Shown one piece after another: positions 40,168 to 49,197 of a stretch of DNA of 64,000 nt. A program made the position numbers and the translations under genes. The stretch's first letter is position 1, and every line of letters starts with the position of its first letter. Source of the stretch: Acidimicrobiales bacterium (lineage in GTDB: Bacteria; Actinomycetota; Acidimicrobiia; Acidimicrobiales; Aldehydirespiratoraceae); assembly GCA_029263215.1 (NCBI GenBank), contig JAJCXY010000126.1:15114-79113 (forward strand), read 5' to 3'. The notes beneath the pieces were generated by a model that was not told the origin of the DNA, searched no databases, and worked only from the letters and a program-made list of their open reading frames with translations.

Positions 40168-41403
40168 TCAGTCGCGGGCATGGACGCTTCGAGGGAACCA
40201 CAACACGAATGTGGAGCCCGTCCCGGCGTCTGAAGAGAGGTCGACTCGCCCTCCGTGGGCCTCCACGATCTGGCGCACGATCGTGAGACCGAGTCCGGAT
40301 CGGCCCTCCTGGCGGGCCAGGGATCGATCGCCTCTCCAGAATCGTTGGAACACACGCAGATGGTCTTCCGGAGCGATCCCGGGGCCCTCATCGGTGACTG
40401 AGATCGAGTGCCAGCCGTCGAGTCGGGAGGCCGACACGGTGACCTTGGTATTGGGCGGAGCGAGGCGCACGGCGTTGGCGAGCAGGTTGGCCACAGCTCG
40501 GCGGACCGCGGGACCGTCGCCACAAACCGGCAACTGCTCCGGCGATACATCCACGACCAAGTCGAGCTCGCAGGCTTCGGCGGGGGCTGCAAACTCCTCG
40601 GTGAGATGGTGCGCAAGTTCGGCCAGGTCGAAATCTTCCTCCCGGGTGGCACGCGTGCCGTGGCGGGCGTAGACCAAGAGGTCGTCGACCAGGGTGCTCA
40701 TCCGCTCCGCCGACCGGCCCACCACCTCGCTGGCCGAACGAAGGTCGTCGACGGAGGAATCGGGGTCGGCCAAAGCGACATCGACATTGGTGCGGATCAC
40801 CGCCAACGGATTGCGTAGCTCATGGCTGGCCTCGTGGATGAATTCGCGCTGGGATTCGAATGCGTCGTCGAGCCGGCCCAGCATTTCGTCGAAGGTGTCG
40901 GCGAGGTTCTTGAGTTCATCGTCGGGACCGTCGAGTTGGATGCGGCGCGACAGGTCGGTGTGTTGGATGTCGCGGGCCACTGATGTGATTCGACCCACCG
41001 GCCTCAAGACGAGGCCGGCCACGAACCAGCCGACCCCGAGACTTCCCACGAACAAGAGTCCGAGGGCGCCGAATGCGTAGGTACGGAGCTGATCGAGTGC
41101 CTGCTCGTTCACCTCACGCTCGAACAGAGCCAGGGGGTCGGTGACCTCGAACTCGATCGTGCCGATCATGTCGCGGCCCTCGCGGTCCATGAACAAGATG
41201 TTGGCTTCCTCGGTCCGCGATACGTCCTGGTCCTCCAGGCTGCGGGCCAGGCCCGCGTAGATACCGCCCACCACGACGGTGGCGAGCCCGAACAGCAGGA
41301 CCGAATAGAGCACCATCAACCGGAATCGGATCGATCCCGCCCACCCTGGAAGCCGCGCGGCCACTGCCACCGTCGAGCCCAGGGGCTGATCGGGGCTAGT
41401 CAT
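40168..41403 (-). CDS. HAMP-domain sensor histidine kinase
   Basis: 2 TM helices, HAMP, ASHELRNPL, NLLANA, DEGPGI, GSGLGL. Confidence 0.94.
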   Translation of the reverse strand: MTSPDQPLGSTVAVAARLPGWAGSIRFRLMVLYSVLLFGLATVVVGGIYAGLARSLEDQDVSRTEEANILFMDREGRDMIGTIEFEVTDPLALFEREVNEQALDQLRTYAFGALGLLFVGSLGVGWFVAGLVLRPVGRITSVARDIQHTDLSRRIQLDGPDDELKNLADTFDEMLGRLDDAFESQREFIHEASHELRNPLAVIRTNVDVALADPDSSVDDLRSASEVVGRSAERMSTLVDDLLVYARHGTRATREEDFDLAELAHHLTEEFAAPAEACELDLVVDVSPEQLPVCGDGPAVRRAVANLLANAVRLAPPNTKVTVSASRLDGWHSISVTDEGPGIAPEDHLRVFQRFWRGDRSLARQEGRSGLGLTIVRQIVEAHGGRVDLSSDAGTGSTFVLWFPRSVHARD

Positions 41404-42112
41404 CGGGCTCGATGTCGGATCCGGAGCCAGCACCGGCACCGACCAGGCGGTAACCGCTGCCGATAACCGTTTCGATGGCCTGGGCCTCGTGGTCCTCGGA
41501 GAGCTTGCGCCTCAGGGTGCCCACCGTCACCCGCACCGTGTTGGTGAAGGGATCGGCGTGTTCGTCCCACACGTGTTCTAGGAGGTGCTCCTGGGAGAGC
41601 ACCTCGTCGGCGTGGGTCATGAAGTACCGCAGGAGGGCGAATTCCTTGGCTGTCAGCTCGAGCTCACGATCGGCTCGCCGGGCCCGGTGCTTGGCGTCGT
41701 CGAGGTGGATGTCGCCCACCTCATAGTTGGAGCTGGTGCGAGCGGTGTCTCGGCGCAACAGGGAACGCACCCGGGCGGTGAGTTCGCCGAACGCGAAGGG
41801 CTTCACGAGATAGTCGTCGGCCCCGTGGTCGAGTCCGGCGATGCGATCGTCGATGCCATCACGGGCGGTGAGCATCAACACCCGCGGCGTCAGGCCCGCC
41901 GGTGGATCGGCGCGAAGTCGGCGACAAGCCTCCAGCCCGTCGATGCCCGGCATGGTGATATCGAGACACACCAGGTCGTAGGGGGTGAGCGCGGCCTTGT
42001 CGAGAGCCGACTCGCCGTCGTGGGCAACATCAACGGCGTAACCCTCGCGGCGCAGACCCCGCGCAATGGCCTCCGCGAGATCCACTTCGTCGTCGACCAC
42101 TAGGATTCGCAT
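41396..42112 (-). CDS. OmpR-family response regulator
   Basis: MRILVVDDE, LDITMPGIDG, GADDYLVKPF, LTAKEF winged helix. Confidence 0.95.
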   Translation of the reverse strand: MRILVVDDEVDLAEAIARGLRREGYAVDVAHDGESALDKAALTPYDLVCLDITMPGIDGLEACRRLRADPPAGLTPRVLMLTARDGIDDRIAGLDHGADDYLVKPFAFGELTARVRSLLRRDTARTSSNYEVGDIHLDDAKHRARRADRELELTAKEFALLRYFMTHADEVLSQEHLLEHVWDEHADPFTNTVRVTVGTLRRKLSEDHEAQAIETVIGSGYRLVGAGAGSGSDIEPDD

Positions 42113-42305
42113 TTCCACGACGCTACCCGTCGGGGCATGATCGGGCGCGGCGATGAGGGCCGCGGCCTTTCGGTTGCGCTTATGGTGCGCCCCGTTGACT
42201 GCCACATTGGCTGTTGAATCATGGGCCATCGACCCCAGCGCACCATTTCGCGCCGAAAGTCGGTGTCAAGTTGGCCCAATCTGAACACGCATCACGGGAG
42301 AACAC

Positions 42306-43319
42306 ATGACCGAGGCACACGATCCACCGATCCTCGAACGAGCGCTGGTGGAGCTCCGACGGGTGATCGTGGGTCAGGAACGGCTGGTCGAACGCCTACT
42401 CGTCGCCCTTGTGGCCGGTGGCCATTGCCTGCTCGAAGGCCCACCCGGGCTGGCCAAGACGCTCGCTGTGCGCACCCTCGCCGACACCACCGGCGGCGAG
42501 TTCGCCCGAGTGCAATTCACCCCTGATCTTCTGCCGGCCGACATCATCGGCACCCGGATCTTCCGGGGCAGCACCGAGCAGTTCGACGTGGAACTCGGGC
42601 CGGTGTTCGCCAACTTCGTTCTCGCCGATGAGATCAACCGGGCACCGGCCAAGGTGCAGTCGGCCCTGCTCGAGGTGATGGCCGAAAATCAGGTCACGAT
42701 CGGCGGCACCTCCCACCCCGTACCGGCTCCCTTCCTGGTTCTCGCCACTCAGAATCCGATCGAGTCCGAAGGTGTCTATGCCCTCCCCGAGGCCCAGCGA
42801 GACCGCTTCCTCATGAAGGTACTGATCGACTATCCGACACCGGCGGAGGAGATGGAGATCGTCAGGCGAATGGGAGTATCTCCTCCCACCGCGGGCCAGG
42901 TGCTCGACCCCGAAGGCATAGTTGCCCTCCAACAACGCGCCGGTGAACTGATCGTGGACCAGGGCGTGCTCGACTACGCGGTCAACCTCGTCACCGCCAC
43001 CCGCGACCCCGCCTCCTTCGACCTCGACGACCTCGTCGGCATGATCGACTACGGGGCCAGTCCTAGGGCATCTCTCGGACTCATCGCTGCAGGCCGGGCG
43101 ATGGCCCTGCTTCGTGGCCGCGACTATGTGGTGCCTCAGGATGTCTTCGACATCGCCCCCGACGTGTTGCGCCACCGTCTCGTGCTCTCCTACGAAGCAC
43201 TGGCCGCAGAGCTCGATGTGGAGCAGGCGCTGATCCGGATCCTCTCGACGGTTCCCGCCCCGATCATCTCCCCCACCACCCAGGACCCGGCCCGCTACGC
43301 ACCGAGCGCCGCCGACTGA
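42306..43319 (+). CDS. MoxR family AAA+ ATPase
   Basis: EGPPGLAKT, RVQFTPDLLPAD, DEINRAPAKVQSALLE. Confidence 0.95.
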   Translation: MTEAHDPPILERALVELRRVIVGQERLVERLLVALVAGGHCLLEGPPGLAKTLAVRTLADTTGGEFARVQFTPDLLPADIIGTRIFRGSTEQFDVELGPVFANFVLADEINRAPAKVQSALLEVMAENQVTIGGTSHPVPAPFLVLATQNPIESEGVYALPEAQRDRFLMKVLIDYPTPAEEMEIVRRMGVSPPTAGQVLDPEGIVALQQRAGELIVDQGVLDYAVNLVTATRDPASFDLDDLVGMIDYGASPRASLGLIAAGRAMALLRGRDYVVPQDVFDIAPDVLRHRLVLSYEALAAELDVEQALIRILSTVPAPIISPTTQDPARYAPSAAD

Positions 43320-44230
43320 TGGCCACCGATGCCCGTACCCGCGAGGTGCTACGCCGCTTGGAACTCGACGTCACCCATCGCCTCGATGGTCTTCTTCAGG
43401 GCGACTACCGAGGGCTTGTCTCGGGGCTCGGCTCCGAACCGGGCGAAACCCGCGCCTATGTGCCCGGCGACGATGTGCGCCGGATGGACTGGAACGTCAC
43501 CGCGCGTATGGGTGAGCCCCACGTGCGCGACACCGTGGCCGACCGCGAACTCGAGACATCAGTCCTGGTCGACCTCTCCCCGAGCCTCGATTTCGGTACC
43601 GCGCTGCGCACCAAGGCCGAACTTGCGCTGGCCGCGGTGGCCGCCGTCGGCCTGCTCACCGAACGCGCCGGCAACCGACTGGGAGCAGTGGTGAGCGATG
43701 GGGTGACGGTCGAGGAGTTCCGCACCGGCACCGGTCGCCGCCACCTGATGGCCCTTCTTCTCCGGCTCCACACGATCACTTCGTCGGAGAAGCCCGCCTC
43801 CATCGACCATGACCGCGCCCAGACTCTCGCCGACGCGATGCTTCGCCTCACCGGCCAACGCCACCGGGGAGGACTCGCGGTCGTGATCTCCGACCTGCTC
43901 GTCGACGACTGGCACGATCCGCTCAAGGCGGTTGCTCGTAAACACGAAACGCTGGTCCTGGAGATCGTCGATCCCAGAGAACTCGAACTTCCCGACGTAG
44001 GCGTCATCGAACTCGTCGATCGCGAGACCGGGGCGGTGAGAGAGGTCGACACCCGCAATCGCAAGCTCCGGGCCCGCTACGAGGAAGCCGGCCGAGCGAG
44101 GCTCGCCGAGCATGCCGGTGCGATACGTTCCGCTCGAGCCGGTCATCTTGTTCTTCGCACCGACCGCGACTGGGTCATCGACCTCGCCCGATTCGTCGAT
44201 CGCCGCCGCCGTGGCCGACGGGTGGCCTGA
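43319..44230 (+). CDS. DUF58 domain protein
   Basis: YVPGDDVRRMDWNVTAR; standard MoxR operon partner. Confidence 0.92.
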   Translation: MATDARTREVLRRLELDVTHRLDGLLQGDYRGLVSGLGSEPGETRAYVPGDDVRRMDWNVTARMGEPHVRDTVADRELETSVLVDLSPSLDFGTALRTKAELALAAVAAVGLLTERAGNRLGAVVSDGVTVEEFRTGTGRRHLMALLLRLHTITSSEKPASIDHDRAQTLADAMLRLTGQRHRGGLAVVISDLLVDDWHDPLKAVARKHETLVLEIVDPRELELPDVGVIELVDRETGAVREVDTRNRKLRARYEEAGRARLAEHAGAIRSARAGHLVLRTDRDWVIDLARFVDRRRRGRRVA

Positions 44231-45228
44231 TGCCCGACCTCTCCCCCGGCCTCTCGTTCACCGATCTGTGGCGTCTCTGGCTACTGCTCGGCGTTGGGCT
44301 CGCTGCTCTCGGCTACGTCGTCGCCCAGAGACGACGCGGCACCTACGCCCTGAGGTTCTCCGACACCTCCCTCATCGATGCTGTGGCCCCCAAGCGACCG
44401 GGTTGGCGCCGTCATGTCGTCGCCCTCACCTTCCTCGGCGTGGGCAGCCTGATGATCGTTGCGCTTGCTGGTCCGGTCACCGAGGTGGAAGTACCGCGTG
44501 AGCGCGCCGTGGTGATCCTCACCATCGACACCTCTCTGTCGATGGGTGCCGAGGATGTCGATCCTTCGCGTATCGAGGGGGCCAAACGGGCTGCCCTGGA
44601 GTTTCTCGAAGCGGCGCCGCCAGGAGTCGATATCGGGTTGATCTCGTTCAACGAGACACCGGTGGTGAGGGTGCCTCCCACTTCCGACCGCGCGTCGGTT
44701 GCCACAGCAGTCGAGCAACTCGAGCTCGGCCAGTTCACCAACACCGGCGATGCGATCTCGGTGTCGGTTTCGAGTCTCGCCAGCGCCACCGAGGGTCTCG
44801 AGCTCGCGGAAGACGAGTCGCCACCGGCTGTGATCGTGCTGCTGAGCGACGGTGAACCCACCATCGGCCGTCCCATCGAGACAGCCACGGCCGAGGCGAT
44901 CAGGGCACGGATCCCGGTGTCCACCGTCGCCTTCGGTACCGCCGACGGCGAGGTCACGATCGAAGACCCCGAGTCTCCCGGAACCTTCCTCACCGTTCCG
45001 GTTCCCGTCGACGAAGACACCCTCCGCGGCATTGCCGAAGACACCGGCGGGAGCTTCTTCGTGACGTCGTCGTCCGACGAGCTGGCGGAGGTCTACCGAG
45101 ACATCGGCACGTCGATCGGGTTCGAAACCGTGGATCGCGATGTCGGCGACTGGTTCCTCGCCGCCGCGCTCATCTTGTCGGCCACCACCGCCGTATTGAG
45201 CCTCGCCTGGTTTCAACGCCTCCCGTAG
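44230..45228 (+). CDS. VWA domain membrane protein (BatA-like)
   Basis: MIDAS motif DTSLSM, TNTGDAI, LLSDGE; TM helices at both ends. Confidence 0.92.
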   Translation: MPDLSPGLSFTDLWRLWLLLGVGLAALGYVVAQRRRGTYALRFSDTSLIDAVAPKRPGWRRHVVALTFLGVGSLMIVALAGPVTEVEVPRERAVVILTIDTSLSMGAEDVDPSRIEGAKRAALEFLEAAPPGVDIGLISFNETPVVRVPPTSDRASVATAVEQLELGQFTNTGDAISVSVSSLASATEGLELAEDESPPAVIVLLSDGEPTIGRPIETATAEAIRARIPVSTVAFGTADGEVTIEDPESPGTFLTVPVPVDEDTLRGIAEDTGGSFFVTSSSDELAEVYRDIGTSIGFETVDRDVGDWFLAAALILSATTAVLSLAWFQRLP

Positions 45229-45238
45229 AGCGCCAACA

Positions 45239-45739
45239 TCACTCGGAGCGGCGCATTCGGATCTCGTCCCTGCACGGATCCGACTCCAGCGCCTGCACGT
45301 CTCTAGTCACGCTGAATCCGCAGCGTTCATAGAGCGCTTCGGCCGCGCCGTTGCCGCGCATCACCCAGAGTTCGATGGTGTCGCCATCGGCCCACTCGAC
45401 CACCGCGGATACCAAGGCCGCACCCACACCGTGGCCCCGCACCGACGGCGACACCCACATCGAAACGAGCTCGACGCCGGTGGCGGGTCCGAGGCGGTGT
45501 GCTCCCACCAGGCCGACGACCTCGCCGTGAATCGAAGCGAAGAAGGTGGCCTCCTCACGACCGTCGGCCCACGCCTTCGCCTTGAATCGCCACTCCCCCG
45601 CCTCGAGAATCGACTCCTCATCGTGGGTGCGTGCGAACGCTTGGGGGTCGTTGGCGAGCGCGGCGAGGCGTATCGAACGAAGCAGCTCGGCGTCGTCGGA
45701 ACAGATCCGTCTGACCGCGACGGATCCAGACACACTCAC
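45239..45739 (-). CDS. GNAT family N-acetyltransferase
   Basis: SMWVSPSVRGHGVG, NGAAEALYERCGF. Confidence 0.9.
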   Translation of the reverse strand: MSVSGSVAVRRICSDDAELLRSIRLAALANDPQAFARTHDEESILEAGEWRFKAKAWADGREEATFFASIHGEVVGLVGAHRLGPATGVELVSMWVSPSVRGHGVGAALVSAVVEWADGDTIELWVMRGNGAAEALYERCGFSVTRDVQALESDPCRDEIRMRRSE

Positions 45740-45748
45740 CGCGCTCTA

Positions 45749-45889
45749 TCAGTGGGTGGATGAGACCGACGCACCTGGCGATGCTAGTTCGGACGTAACG
45801 CGCTCCAAGGCCGCGACTCGATCACCGTATTCCGTCATCCGTCGCAGATCCCGCCTCGTTGTTTCGGCTGCACGAGAGATCCACCGCAT
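45749..45889 (-). CDS. Putative 46-aa leaderless small protein behind a sigma28-type promoter
   Basis: Manual translation: MRWISRAAETTRRDLRRMTEYGDRVAALERVTSELASPGASVSSTH*, ending in a double stop TGA TAG. Confidence 0.45.
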   Translation of the reverse strand: MRWISRAAETTRRDLRRMTEYGDRVAALERVTSELASPGASVSSTH

Positions 45890-45896
45890 GGATACC

Positions 45897-45924
45897 TGAT
45901 CGGCAGCTGAAGCCAACTGATTAG
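45897..45924 (-). promoter_or_regulatory. Sigma28 (WhiG/FliA)-type promoter
   Basis: Minus strand CTAA-N16-GCCGATCA, then 7 nt, then ATG. Confidence 0.65.
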
Positions 45925-45934
45925 GCGGCCGAGA

Positions 45935-46696
45935 TCACAGCGACGACCAGAACGAGATCAGGGCATCGGCCGCCATCTCGGGACACTCCACCATCCACCA
46001 GTGACCTGCCCCTTCCAGGGTGGCGAGGCGGGCATCGAGACGAGCCGCGACATCACCGGCAAGAGCGCTGGACACGTAGGGATCTTCGGTGGGATCGATC
46101 AGGAGACTGGGACGACGAGGTGCGGCCGCCAAACGATCGGCGAGCAGGGTCATGGTGGGCTGCACCGAGGACCGGTAGAGACCGAGGATGCATCGGCCGG
46201 TCTCGGCGTCGAAACCGTCGGCCATCGCTCGAGCAATCGCCGGCGTGAGGCCGAAGCCGACATAGGTGGCGGTCCGCTCGTCGGAGGTCATCGCCACCAT
46301 CATCTCGATCACCGCCTCACCGAGTTCGGGTGTCTGCCATGCGGCCGCGGCCTCGTGCCACTCATAATCGGGATGGAGCATGCCGATGCAGTCGCTGGCC
46401 CAGCTGCGCAGCAGGTCGGGGCGCTCTGCCGCCACGGCGTAGGTATGACCCGCCCCCCAGTCGTGGCCGACCAGATCGATGCCATCGTCGGCGCCGGAGC
46501 TGAGCGATTCGAGTTGCTCGATCAGCCAGTCGCGATACCCGGTGGCCGACGCCTCCCAGCCATGGGTTACCGGCGCACCGAACCCCGGCGGAGACAGGGT
46601 TACCAGATCGTCGATACCTCGGCTGCGCAGGACGTCGTGCAGGGGACCCCAGATCGCATCAACCTCGGGAACACCGTGAACAAATACCTTGGGCAT
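45935..46696 (-). CDS. Alpha/beta hydrolase (epoxide hydrolase/dehalogenase-like, Asp nucleophile)
   Basis: HGVPE, PGFG, VGHDWGA, AGHW. Confidence 0.9.
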   Translation of the reverse strand: MPKVFVHGVPEVDAIWGPLHDVLRSRGIDDLVTLSPPGFGAPVTHGWEASATGYRDWLIEQLESLSSGADDGIDLVGHDWGAGHTYAVAAERPDLLRSWASDCIGMLHPDYEWHEAAAAWQTPELGEAVIEMMVAMTSDERTATYVGFGLTPAIARAMADGFDAETGRCILGLYRSSVQPTMTLLADRLAAAPRRPSLLIDPTEDPYVSSALAGDVAARLDARLATLEGAGHWWMVECPEMAADALISFWSSL

Positions 46697-46706
46697 GGGC
46701 CGCGCC

Positions 46707-47078
46707 TCAGCCGAACAACTCGGCCAGGCGTTCCTTGGCCTTCGAGTCGCCCAATGGCCTGCCGATGATCGCCTTGTCGTCGGTGACGATGATCGGACGC
46801 TGCAGGAGCTTCGGATGCTCGAGCAAGATGGCCACCACTGCATCGGGGTTGGCTACGTAGTCGTCGGCAACGAGGCCGAGCTTGGCGAACTGGGCGTCCT
46901 TGCGGACCAGGCCCTCCACCGGATCCTCGAGTTTGGCGATGATCGCGCGAAGGGTGGCCTCATCGGGCGGGGTCTTCAGATAGCGCACCTCATCGAAATC
47001 GACTCTCATGTCCGTGGCGACCGCCACGGCATTGTTCGAAGACGTTCAATTGGGGTTGTGGTAGATGGTGATGCCCAC
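46707..47078 (-). CDS. arsC: ArsC-family (glutaredoxin-type arsenate reductase) protein, probable selenoprotein with UGA at codon 11
   Basis: AGAGGAG Shine-Dalgarno, GTG 47078, MGITIYHNPN-TGA-TSSNNAV..., in frame with ORF 46707..47027; LLQRPII and IGRP conserved. Confidence 0.85.
47008..47032 (-). promoter_or_regulatory. Bacterial SECIS-like hairpin
   Basis: ATG-CCGTGGC-GGTC-GCCACGG-a-CAT; the loop starts with G after a 23-nt spacer from the UGA (47046-47048). Confidence 0.75.
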
Positions 47079-47172
47079 CGCTGCTCCTCTCCCGGCCCAC
47101 GGCCGAGGTTGTCACGACCCAGGTCTTCTGGATTGGTGGCGAACCGTAGTGGGTCACGCCAGACTCTCCCCC

Positions 47173-47790
47173 ATGGGCATCTACCGCGAACAGATTCTCC
47201 CTCGCCTGATCGACCGCATGCTCGGCACCGAAGCTGTGGGAAAGGACCGCAGCCGCACCACTCCCGGCCTTCGCGGCACCATCGTGGAGATCGGATTCGG
47301 ATCGGGTCTCAACATCGAGCACTACCCCGATGAGGTCAACAAGGTGTACGCGGTCGACCCTGCACTCGTGGGGCGCAAGCTCGCCGCGGATCGGGTGGCG
47401 GCTTCACCAGCGAACGTCGAGTACGTGGGTCTCGACGGTGCGGCCCTCCCTCTCAGCGACGAATCCTGCGACGGCGCCTTGTCGACCTACACCCTCTGCA
47501 CGATCCCCGACGTCGCCGGAGCCATCAGCGAGATCCATCGCGTGCTCACTCCCGGCGCAAGATTCCACGTACTCGAACACGGACTGGCACGAGACCACAG
47601 CGTCGCCACATGGCAGGGCCGTCTCAATCCGATCCAGAACCGTTTGGGCGACGGTTGCAACCTCGACCGTGATCATGCGGCCCTGCTCACCGATGGCGGG
47701 TTCGAGATCGATGAGCACGAGGAGTGGTACGGGAAGGGTCCGAAGTCGCTGACCGCCCTCTACCGGCTGGTGGCTCGCAAGCCGGGCTGA
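47173..47790 (+). CDS. Class I SAM-dependent methyltransferase
   Basis: VEIGFGSGLN, YTLCTIPD, RVLTPGARF...EHG. Confidence 0.9.
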   Translation: MGIYREQILPRLIDRMLGTEAVGKDRSRTTPGLRGTIVEIGFGSGLNIEHYPDEVNKVYAVDPALVGRKLAADRVAASPANVEYVGLDGAALPLSDESCDGALSTYTLCTIPDVAGAISEIHRVLTPGARFHVLEHGLARDHSVATWQGRLNPIQNRLGDGCNLDRDHAALLTDGGFEIDEHEEWYGKGPKSLTALYRLVARKPG

Positions 47791-48617
47791 CCGCCCGCCG
47801 GCCACCGGTCGACGACGAGTTGGGGAACCACGCGGCTCATCTCGTCGGCGAGACGCACCAATCCCGGCAGCAACTCGGGTTCGAGTTGAACGGTGTGCAG
47901 CAGGAGATGGCGGCCGAAGAATTCGAAGGAAATGCGGCCTTCGGTCTGCACCATCAGGTCGATCATGCGTGCGTCCAGGAGGGCACGGGCGAAGCGACGG
48001 TCGTCGCTGATCACGTGGTAGCTGCGGTTGAACAGGCCGGACTCCACATCGAGGTCGAGTCGGGTGGCCGTGGTGAACAGCTTGGAGATCAGGTTTTCCT
48101 TCGCGATCAGGGTTCGAGGCGCGTTGATATCCAACTGTGCGACCGCACCCGAAATGGTGCGCCCGCTGTGACGCCTGACCACCCGCGTGCCAGTGGCATC
48201 ACCGCGACGGCGCCGCACCCGGCGTTGTCCATCGCCGCGTTCGACCACATCGAACTCCGTCCACGATCTGGCATCGAAGCCATGGGCATCGCCCCGAGCA
48301 CCGGCGAACGTCACCACATTCGATGCCGACCAGCCCTGGCCCTCGCCAGACAGGAAATGGCCGAAGCGGACCCGCCCCAGACCAGGGCCGTCCTGGGCCT
48401 GGAAGCGCATGCCTGCTGCTTCGGCCGCCCGCCGGATCTGGCGCGGTCGTCCTCGATGTAGAACCAGCGATCGGATCATCCACAGACCGACGCCGAGCGA
48501 CACCACGAGGATGACCCAGGGGGTCCACCATTGCTCGCTCAGCCAGAGCCAGGCGTCGTCTTCGACGGGAGGCCCGATGGGAGCCGGATCGTGATCGCTG
48601 GAAAGCGGGAAGGCCAC
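47760..48617 (-). CDS. Hypothetical single-TM protein
   Basis: TM helix WVILVVSLGVGLWMI; C-terminal ESGLFNRSYHV..DD.RFARALLD; start supported by promoter geometry. Confidence 0.75.
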   Translation of the reverse strand: MAFPLSSDHDPAPIGPPVEDDAWLWLSEQWWTPWVILVVSLGVGLWMIRSLVLHRGRPRQIRRAAEAAGMRFQAQDGPGLGRVRFGHFLSGEGQGWSASNVVTFAGARGDAHGFDARSWTEFDVVERGDGQRRVRRRRGDATGTRVVRRHSGRTISGAVAQLDINAPRTLIAKENLISKLFTTATRLDLDVESGLFNRSYHVISDDRRFARALLDARMIDLMVQTEGRISFEFFGRHLLLHTVQLEPELLPGLVRLADEMSRVVPQLVVDRWPAGGQPGLRATSR

Positions 48618-48624
48618 CCTTCAG

Positions 48625-48652
48625 TGATCGGCCTGAAGAGGGGACGGTTGAG
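48625..48652 (-). promoter_or_regulatory. Sigma28 (WhiG/FliA)-type promoter
   Basis: Minus strand CTCA-N16-GCCGATCA, then 7 nt, then GTG. Confidence 0.7.
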
Positions 48653-48657
48653 GAAGC

Positions 48658-49074
<417 letters not shown>

Positions 49075-49102
49075 TCAGAGTGCCGAAAGGTGGCCGAAAC
49101 GC

Positions 49103-49136
49103 GATAGGACCCACCGACGCATCGGTGGGTCCTATC
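49103..49136. repeat. Perfect 15-bp inverted repeat upstream of the P-II gene
   Basis: GATAGGACCCACCGA-cgca-TCGGTGGGTCCTATC. Confidence 0.9.
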
Positions 49137-49197
49137 AACACCCCTGGAGGGAGGTCGTTCAGGGGCTTGGACCCGGTCTTGGGTCCGCGGGTTACAT

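Noticed and set aside
46707-47078. arsC as a nonsense pseudogene
   Set aside because: The stop is UGA exactly at the catalytic Cys, a SECIS-like hairpin follows, and the rest of the gene is intact. Kept only as the fallback if sel genes are absent.
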